A DNA stretch of 56,411 nucleotides, the filler included, from Sphacelaria rigidula (Eukaryota), in the NCBI GenBank assembly GCA_964200075.2. It is 3 parts of 3 records of this genome, joined end to end, with 100 filler letters (N's around TTAATTAATTAA, not from the genome) between each part and the next. Parts side by side here need not be neighbours in the genome. Positions count along the whole stretch, not along the records: positions 37,680 to 56,411 come from CAXNAA020000804.1; 2 more parts are not named here. One strand, written 5' to 3'. This document shows, one piece after another, positions 47,871 through 56,411 of this stretch. Positions within the stretch are counted from its first letter, which is position 1; the number at the start of each line of letters is the position of its first letter. The notes under the pieces were generated by a model that did no database searches, was not told the origin of the DNA, and was given only the letters and a program-made list of their open reading frames with translations. A program made the position numbers and the translations under genes.

Positions 47871-48466
47871 TTCAATAAAAGTCCACAAGTGCGCTCGTTT
47901 CGACCAGTAATGACTCGTCCGACGTGTGATTTATTTCGAAAAAATGTGGGTTGAGTCTGCAGTATTGCGTTCGTCGAGGGTACGTAACGTGCCGTGAGGA
48001 AAAGCACATCGTTCCTGTCGGACAAAGGTGGAGGCGTTTTTTTCGGCAAGGTAGTTCCGAGACTCCTGTGAGTAGTGCAGAGAATATGCAAAGGCGATCA
48101 ATTGTGATAGTCGAAGAAAAAGGAAACAGTCAGAGCAATCAGACGATTTTGCCGACATACCAGCAAAATTGGGCTAATATTGCTCCAGATGGCTGAAGTC
48201 ACTAAAGCTGAATTCCTAGGGCTGTGAACTGGAGCAGTTTGTACTGGCAATTACACTGGAACTGGTGATGAGGACTCCAGTTTATTCGAAGTTTGCCGTC
48301 ACCGGCTATGTTTATACCAATCTTAGTTTGGTGAGGTTATAACAAATATGCTTATATTATTACAAACAAAATGACAGTAGAATTGGGGCCTGCACCTGAC
48401 AGCAGAAGTACAGACAGTACTCATGGTACGAACTGGCTCAGCCTAAAGGCGGATTTGGAGTTTGCA

Positions 48467-48729
48467 GGCCCATTCGCAATTTCATACTTGGAGTTGGACC
48501 CTAAAATTTGGTATGGACAATCCACAGTGCATGATGAAAACAAGTATTCATGAAGCCATTTTTTTTTTCATGATACAACGGCATTTTACTGAAAGCTGAA
48601 AACTGGTTATTGCCTTGAACTCATGAGAAAAAAAACTTCGGGTCCATGCATATATTTTTTTATTATGCCCTATTGATTGTCCATACAAAATTTCCGTTCC
48701 AAACTCAAGTATTAAAGTGCGAATAAGCC
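48467..48729. mobile_element. Diverged hairpin MITE (~125-bp arms)
   Basis: ggcccattcgcaatttcatacttggagttggaccctaaaatttggtatggacaatc versus gattgtccatacaaaatttccgttccaaactcaagtattaaagtgcgaataagcc. Confidence 0.7.
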
Positions 48730-49499
48730 ATTTAGAAACGGGTCGGTAAAAAATCAGAACAGTATTTTGCAGGTCACTTGCAGCCCACGTTTGATGTTTG
48801 TGTATTGAAATTTGCGTGGGATGTCGCTAGGGCATAATCAACCAAGGAAAGTCAGTCAGCTTGTTTTTTTCCCACTGATTTAGGGCGTTTTAGTATGGTA
48901 ACGACCATTTTTTTACGAGAACACCCGAACCTCTCCCCAACAAAATATGAAGGCTATTTTTTTCCTATAGCACACCTTATGCCCGCGTGCTGCCAGCCTT
49001 GGCGTATTTGCATCCTCCTCTCCTCACGGAGACTCTGCTACTGCATATTACAGATAAATGGTTTCCCAATCGCTCACCACTTTGAATGGGATTTGAATGT
49101 CATCTAACGCTTTTAGCTACTCCATGTGAGAGGTCACATTTTCTACAATTTTCAACATTTTTGAAAGAGAGAAACAGGCCAAATTACGCATTTTTTTCTC
49201 GCCTCCGGAAACACTGCCGGAGGGGGGCGTTTGCGGCTCGCGGCTTCGCCGCGAGCCGCCGATGTTTTTCCAGGGAGTCGGCGAAGCCGATCATCTGGAA
49301 AAACATCGATGCACTGACCGCTGGCGCGGCCAGTACACACTAATTGGCCAGAGCAACCAGTCCACAGCCCCATGAATTCCTCTTCGGAGGTTTGAGCGTA
49401 AGAACCTGACTTTTTTGGGAGAGGTGCGAATTGAGAATTCGAAGGCAATCGCAAGGAGTTGTTCTCTCATCCGGAAAAGGAGTCGTATTATTTTTTGGG

Positions 49500-49956
49500 C
49501 GAAAGACTCCAGTGGGTAAATCACCTATTTTAGCTCAGATGTGGGGGTGTGGGTCCAAACCACTCAAAAATCAATCTCGACGCAAAGGCGAGGCGCCCAC
49601 AGCCCATGGAGAATATGTACACCAACTTTCGCGGGAAAAAAAGAGCAGTTAAGGGCTGAACAGCATCGCGGGATACAAAGATCTCGAAGGAAACCCTATT
49701 TTGTCCGACGATGGGGTAAGCATACCCACCAGAGACTACGAAATTTATCTTATACCCTATTTTGTCTCACATAATGTCCAAACTGTACCCCTATTAGACC
49801 ACTATCGACCTTTTCACAGCCGCCGACCAACCCACCGCAAGGCACACAATTGAATGGCCGAAGAACCTCTCCAACGCTTCTTTGCACCTCTTCTCACGGC
49901 CTGAAGACTCTAAGACCTCGCCGTCGGTGAACTCCACCCCAAACAAACGCGACCCC
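49500..49956 (+). repeat. ~460-bp dispersed repeat, copy A (inverted copy at 51363-51858)
   Basis: Collinear similarity, e.g. ccctattttgtccgac-atggggtaagcataccca-cagagact and tgtacccctattagaccactatcg. Confidence 0.85.
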
Positions 49957-49984
49957 TGCAGCGAAAATAGTACACCCCCCCACC

Positions 49985-50145
49985 TGGGGGCGTACTCATT
50001 TGTTGCTTGCCTTAATCGTTTGACCATTGACCATGCATCCCTTTCAAGACGGAGCACCGTTTCTACTCCTGATGAAGACACCTCCAACATTCCGGCGCTC
50101 ACTACGTTTCTTCCATACATCACACAAAAACCTTTTACACATCTG
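49985..50145 (-). repeat. Dispersed repeat, probable LINE 3'-end fragment (same family as 22963-23105)
   Basis: Direct sequence similarity to 22963-23105. Confidence 0.55.
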
Positions 50146-51362
50146 GGGGGAAATAAGGATCCACGCACACCTTTTATTACCGACGGAAAGCGCACAAATA
50201 CCCACCGACCCTGCGCTAGTTCTTTCAATTCGAGAGCCTACTTTTTTAATTTGAGAGCGCTACGGGTGTTCAAGTGAATCATGGAACGTCCAGCCAGCTG
50301 CGAGTACTGTGAAACACAATGGAAACAACTCTGGGGTTTCTCATCATACGATAATACCATACGTGGGAGGATTCCTTTTTTTCAGAGGAGAAATTGGTAC
50401 AATGCGTATGCAGTATACAGCTTAACGGATCCACGGTATACAGCTCGATAGTTCACGGTACGCTATTACTCTTGTACTGATACTGAGCACCAGTCGAGCC
50501 GTCAAGTCTGCATCGTAACCTGTCGGTGTGTCATACCGCACCAGGCACTCAACTCTTGCACGGTACTACTACCGCCCCGCGGACTATGAAACTGTATACT
50601 GTGGATCCGTCACGCTGAGCATTATACATGTACTGTATCCATTTTACCTCATAAATGGAAATGCTCCCATGTACGGTACTACTGTATGCCACAGCTCGAC
50701 TGCTCACGGTACGGTAGCAATACCGTGCAACACTTGAGTGCTTGGTGGGGGAGAGTGCACAGAAAGTGTAGCTGCTTACGTGGCAGACGTGACGGCTCGA
50801 ACGGTGGTCAGTATAACAATATAGTATAGTACGAAGAGTACCAGGGTGACAACAATAGTATTTTTGCACGCTACTGTACTATGGTACAGGCTATACTTGG
50901 CGAACACATTCAAAATACAACCATTTTTAGGCGGGTCGGGAAGCAGGCTCGCATTTTGCGTCAGTGTTGCCGGCACTGTCGGTGCTGATGCACCGTCCTC
51001 ACTGTAGGGTTCAAGGACACGTGCGTGTACGGTACATGCAGATGCGTAGAATATCACACACAGACTGAAGGGACAAGCCCCAGAAAATGTGACGAAGAAC
51101 GGAAATAATCTATGGAACGACCTAGTAAGAGGTGTGGGTGGATCCTTACATTTCCTCATTTGAGGGGATATAGTATTTTTGCCCCTGCGGAGGGATTGAC
51201 GCACCCCATGACAGTTGGGCGCGCTGCGCAAACGGCACAACAAGTTCCGAAACATGGAGAAAGTTGTTGTGCTGTTTGCGTTGTGTTCCGTATTTCGCAA
51301 CTTCTTGCGCTGTTTGCGCGTGCGCGCGCCTACCGGTCGTACGGTGTGTCAATCATCCCGGA

Positions 51363-51858
51363 GGGGTCTCGTTTGTTTGGGGTGAGTTCACCGACGTCGA
51401 GGTCTTCGAGTCTCCAGGCCGTAGAAACAGATGGAAAGAAGCGTCGCAGACGTTCCTCGACCATTCGATTTTGTGCCTTTCGGTGGGTTGGTCGGCGGCT
51501 ATGAAAGGCCGATAGTGGTCTAATAGGGGTACACTTTGGACATTGTGGGGGACAGCGTAAGACGAAATAGGGTACAAGATAAATTTCGCAGTCTCTGCTG
51601 GGTATGCTTACCCCATTGTCGGACAAAATAGGGTTCCATTCGAGGTCCTTGTGTCCCGCGGTGCTGTTCGGCCCCAAATGTTTTTTTTTTTTCGCGAAAG
51701 TTTGTGTATATACTCTCCATTGGCTGTGGGCGTCTCGCCTTTGCGTCAAGATTGATTGTTGAGTGGTTCGGACCTAGCACAGACAGCTCCAACTTGCGCG
51801 TTTACCTGTACCTACATTTGGGCTGAGATAGGTAATGATGTACCCACTGAAGTCTTTT
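51363..51858 (-). repeat. ~460-bp dispersed repeat, copy B (inverted)
   Basis: Reverse complement of 49500-49956, with substitutions and indels. Confidence 0.85.
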
Positions 51859-52052
51859 GCCTAAAGCAACGTAGGCATCTACCTACCCTGGAGAGATATA
51901 ATCTGCACCCCGTGGCCAACTGTATTCATGGGACAGAGAAAGTAAACCTTGCGCGAGCTAGTTGCACCACATCTTGCACTGCTAGACTGCCATCTGTTAC
52001 TATCGTCTAACAATGCTGTATGCTCTCAAAATGCTGTGACATTTCACTGCAG

Positions 52053-54984
52053 ATGGAGGACTTCAGGGCCAGACACATGCTGACATGCGGCTAGCTTCCT
52101 GCGGGAAGGCGAGCAGGAAAGGTCGTGCATTGTTTAACCACCGTTCCACCATCATTCGGTTTACATCGACTGAGGAGATGAAAAAAGAAGCAAACGGTGG
52201 AGTCGCGAATCGCTCGACCAGCATGCAGCCCGACTCAAGTGCCGCTGACGATGCGAGACTGGCGACAGCAAGAGAGTTGTGCTGTGATGACGACGGTTCT
52301 TGGGACGCCGAGCTTGTTCGGAAAGATTTGCTGTCGATGGTAGCTTGTGAAGGTCTCGGTCGGCATGTGGTGGCTTCCGCAGATATTCCTCCAGGAACTG
52401 TGCTCATCCGAGCGTCGCCGTTCGCGTGGTGCCTCGACGAGAAATTCGCAGCCGAATGCTGCCCGCACTGTCTGGGAGAGGTACGAAGGTGGTGAAAACG
52501 GCAAGATCGAAAATTCCCATTTTCACCGTGAGTTTTGGTTGATTCATGTATAAGCTGAATGGTTGATTCATGTATAAGCTGACCGCACCCCTCGGTGCGA
52601 GTGTCTCCAGTCGTCAGCAGTGCGCTCGACAGCAGTTTCCATTAGTGTAGAACTAATCGAAGAGCTGTCTGACAGGGGCAGAGTCCGGTCATTAGCGAGT
52701 GGGACTTGGTGACAGGGACGGTGCGTGCTGATGGGTCATTTTTCTAGTTTGTATGGATAGGTTGTGATCACCTGACATGGGTGCGTGTCAGCCGATTTTC
52801 GACGTTGCTCGTCCAGCATGGGTGACCTCACTCAAATCAGGGAGGGAAGGAAAGTCATCTTAGCACTGTGCTGAGAGGTTTCATTGTGAACTTGTTAATG
52901 CCATGTCGTCGCTCATGGAGATTGTTTTCTCTACACTCTCTCAGGTGAAAGGAGCTGCATTGCCCTGCGCTAGCTGTGGCCTAGTGGTGTTCTGCTGTTC
53001 TGCGTGCTCCTTGAACGCACGCAAGACATGGCACGGTGACGAGTGTCTCGACGTATCAGGAAGGCCGCTCGAGCCAGCGTTGTCGGGTCTTTCCCCGAGA
53101 TGCCGAATGGCCCTGCGAGCCATGCGTCGATGGAGGCGTGCTGCGAACACGGGTTCTGATCCGCGACATAGTAGCACGGAAAGGACTGGTAATGGTGTTG
53201 GCAGTGTGGAAAGAGGAATTCGCTTTAATGATCTTCAGGAACACTACGAGCAGCGATCACAGCGTAATATTGAAATGCTAGAGACCGAAGCAGCGATTTC
53301 CGCCGTTTTGGCGTGCGGTACCCCTGGAGACGTTGACGTAAACGGCGACCCACGTAACGAAGATGTTTGCGGAAAACTGGCGGCAGACATGCTCCCGGCT
53401 CTGTGCAAGGTGCGTTCAGTTCCCTCACAACTGATGCAACCATTTGCACCCGGTTACGAAGCTTGCCTTGGCCCTTCATCGTCGGTGTCATCGCACGTGT
53501 TTGCCGCCAATGTTGAAGAATGGATTGGTTTGACGCAACAATCTTGTCATGCCTAAACCTGGTCTTCTCCTAATGGCAGAACGTATATGTAAAGCTGAAC
53601 TAGACCCTACCCGTTGTTTTCAATCTCCTGGCATGTTACCTGCAGGCTGACACAAACGGCTTCGCCGTGTCGGCCCTCCGCGCTTCAGGTGCGGCCGTCG
53701 GCGAGGTGCACACCCTGAGCCATGATCGCATAGCGGTGGGACTCTACTGCTTGCCGGCGATGCTGAACCATTCCTGCCGCCCCAACGCCCTCGCGAGGTT
53801 TGACGGGAGACGGATGGATGTGGTCGCCTCCCGTGCGATCGCAGCGGGGGAGGGGGTGACAATTTCGTACGGGCCCTTGGCAGCGAAGGTCAGATACTAT
53901 CGCTTCAGCGTTGTGATTATTGCTGTTTTGTGTTGAAAAACGAGTCTCTTGGCTCTCACGGCGAAAATTGTGCACTTGTTTTTGAACTTGTTGAAAAATC
54001 ATGCCGCGAGGATGGCCGGGGTTGATATGAGCTGGTACACATGTACCTGACAATCGCTGCCGTAACTAACGTGCATCACCGGTACGTGCAATTACCGTGC
54101 TGTTTCAGATGCCTTCAAATGTCCGACGGAGATCTTTGCAAGACGCTTACTTCTTTTGGTGCGATTGCGCTGCGTGTCGTCCTAGCCAAGATCTTTCTCG
54201 GAAGATGGGTCAAATCCCTGGTGAGTCGGGAACGGACACGCCGGCATTGGCCAGCAAAAACACGCAATTTACGTGCACGGAGGACGGCTGCTCCGGCGAG
54301 CTGGTCCTCCATTTGCCGCCACCGTCTGTCCCTTCCTCTGTTGCGGCAGCACCGCCGACTGCCTCGCAGCGCGCGGGTGTATCATGCCATCGCTGCGGAA
54401 TCGACGTGCCAACTCGCGAGTTCAACGCCTTGTTGGAAGAAGGCGAAGATGACAAAGAACGCTGGAAGCAGGCGATTAGTCTCGCCGACCCTGCTGAAAG
54501 TGGGCCAGAGCAGCAGCAGCATCAGCAAGGCGGTGGCCAGCAGATCACTACCTCAATATCAGCAACCCCCGCCGGTCCCGCAGTGCTGACCGCTGCTAAG
54601 CAGGCAGCCACTCTTGCCCTTCGGTGCACCAGATGGCGAGATCGTCGGCTGGTTTCAACATCTATGCAAAGAGCAGAAGCGCACGACCTGATGGCGCGCC
54701 TTCTGTTTTTGGAGCAAGATTTCGCGGGTGCTGCCAAGCATTGTTCACTTGCGGTGCGAGTCCTCGAGGGCAGGTTCTCGCCCGAAGACCAAGAGCTGGG
54801 GATGGAGCTCGCCAAGCTCGCCCAAATATGTTTCAGTGCGGGTATGGCAGACCAATGTATCAGTGCTTGCCAACGGGCGAAGCTATCACTCAGGGTGTGC
54901 TTGCGGCAGGGTGACGGGTTGTTAGAGGAGTTGGACATGATGGAGGCTTGCTGTCTTGGGGGCGGCCATCGTGCAGCAATGTAA
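52053..54984 (+). CDS. SET and MYND domain protein (SMYD family lysine methyltransferase), spliced
   Basis: Exons 52053(acceptor; or ATG 52085)-52480 (GLGRHVVASADIPPGTVLIRASPF...CCPHC), 52945-53409 (CASCGLVVFCCSAC...WHGDEC, MYND), 53646-53888 (NGFAV...GLYCLPAMLNHSCRPNA...GEGVTISYG), 54109-54984 (LQDAYFFWCDCAAC post-SET; TPR-like helical C-terminus; TAA). Internal junctions are phase 0 GT-AG. Confidence 0.92.
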
Positions 54985-55799
54985 ATATAATAGTACATTC
55001 ATCAGGCCTGCTTTTGTCTTGAATTCAATCGTCAGGGCGATGTGCATTCCACAAACCTATCAGCATGGGCATGTACTAACGAAATAACCCATGAGAATGT
55101 GTAATGGATAATAGCGTGTAGTTGTGACTACGCTAATCCACTATTATTCCAATTTGACGAAGTAAATTCGATTTCTGCTCCGGGTAGAAATTCGACTCAC
55201 CGATTTTTTGCTACTCAATTTTTGCGACTTTTTTCTGCTATATTTTCTCCTCTTAAACCCCTATTGATTTCGCTTTTTTTTGGGGGGGGGGGGGATTTGT
55301 CAAACAGAAATCAAACGCATCTTGCTTCAAGGTGCACCCGGACACACAGCAGTTGCTGCTGCCTACCTAGTGCCATCCTCCAAATCGAAGTCTTGAGTGA
55401 GAACGCCCAGCGTGCAGCTGCTTGACGCCACCACTGCGTTCTGCCACGGACTCTTTTCCACGTACCCGACAAGTGGCAACACCCTCGTACAGACAGTAGC
55501 AATGTTGACGGATCCTACGTCCTGACAGTCTGGCAGCCGGCAAGGTCACTACGGTAGTCTCCTTCTAGCGATATCAACTTACAGTGCACTGGAGCAGAGT
55601 TTGCAGGTGAATATTTCGGCGATTGCCTCACCTACCCGCCCATATGTTGCGGATTTTCCCACGATCATACTAAGTAACATTACATGCATTCACGTGTGGA
55701 AATGTACCAGACCCTGCATTATATGTGAACATGTACCAGATCGTGGACAAGGATTCCTACAGTCACCACGAACACGATGGTAAATATGTACTGCGCACA

Positions 55800-55880
55800 G
55801 TGTGTCGTGTGCGTTGTCGTCCCATCTATTCTGGACGCCGGACTCCACCTTTCGGTGCTGTATGTGGGCGCACCAGCCGC
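55800..55880 (-). mobile_element. SINE 3' fragment
   Basis: gttgtcgtcccatctattctggacgccggactccacctttcggtg...tatgtgggcgcaccagccg is the reverse complement of the SINE tail. Confidence 0.7.
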
Positions 55881-56411
55881 GGCTGTGTCACCATACAGCT
55901 TCGCCAAGGCAGCCATTACAGCGGCGGAGGCGGCCTTTCACTCCTGCGTGCATCAGCTGGGGCAAACGCACGCTGTAGCTGCAATACGGACAGCTTTGCA
56001 AAATGTGGCGTAGCGATATAACGCGTAGCGAGGGGTGATACCCCGCGTACACCTTGGCCGCAGATGCAAGTGGCTGCGTTCATGATGTGGCGAACTTCAT
56101 AGGACAGCGTGAAATCAATGCAGGACAGGGGTAGGCTAAGGATGTGACGTCCTGCGGTGTGCTTTGTCACCCCGCACCCTGCGATGAGCATGTAGTACCG
56201 CCGAACGCGTCTCGCTACGGTTGGTACGCAGCGTCTAACACAGCAGCAAGCAGCATATTTTATGTACCGTACATAGTTTTGAGCGAATCGTTTTGGTCGT
56301 GTGCTGCAGAAAAACAACCATTTATTGTGGGAAAAGCGTCAAGTGTAAATCGTCAATTTATCATCAACGGATCCAAAAGGGTTGACCCTCTGACCGCGAG
56401 GTTAGTCTTCT

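Larger units (their letters stand above)
46287..47928. mobile_element. Non-autonomous DNA transposon with 15-bp CAC-starting TIRs and subterminal 42-46-bp tandem arrays
   Basis: CACACATCGGACGAG (46287) versus CTCGTCCGACGTGTG (47914-47928), 14/15 match; arrays at 46359-46575 and 47617-47870. Confidence 0.7.

Noticed and set aside
52537-52582. 24-bp tandem duplication in SMYD intron
   Set aside because: Ordinary local slippage duplication.

Overview
Eukaryotic nuclear DNA, very probably a brown alga (Phaeophyceae). This is inferred from the gene style, the GT-AG multi-kb introns and the repeat types. Four spliced protein genes can be reconstructed: (1) a Gbp1p/GBP2-like RRM RNA-binding protein on the minus strand, with an 11-kb TE-filled intron; (2) head-to-head with it, 60S ribosomal protein L23/uL14, cut by a scaffold gap; (3) an atypical casein-kinase-1-like kinase with long insertions and a long C-terminal tail, whose 5' end is lost in the same gap; (4) a SMYD-type SET-MYND methyltransferase. 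Two 100-nt gaps carry an artificial TTAATTAATTAA spacer. The rest is mostly transposable elements: a tRNA-derived SINE family (5 near-full copies plus fragments), at least six MITE/foldback elements, a non-autonomous CAC-ended DNA transposon with subterminal hairpin arrays, and two decayed Ty3/Gypsy elements. The most unusual signal is the architecture of the longer Gypsy element: Gag with an RS-rich tract and a CCCH zinc finger instead of a CCHC knuckle, a dUTPase-like insert after the protease, a WLDD RT motif, and an integrase ending in a chromodomain-like module followed by a Tudor-like module. The CCCH finger, the insert and the Tudor motif recur in the second, divergent element.
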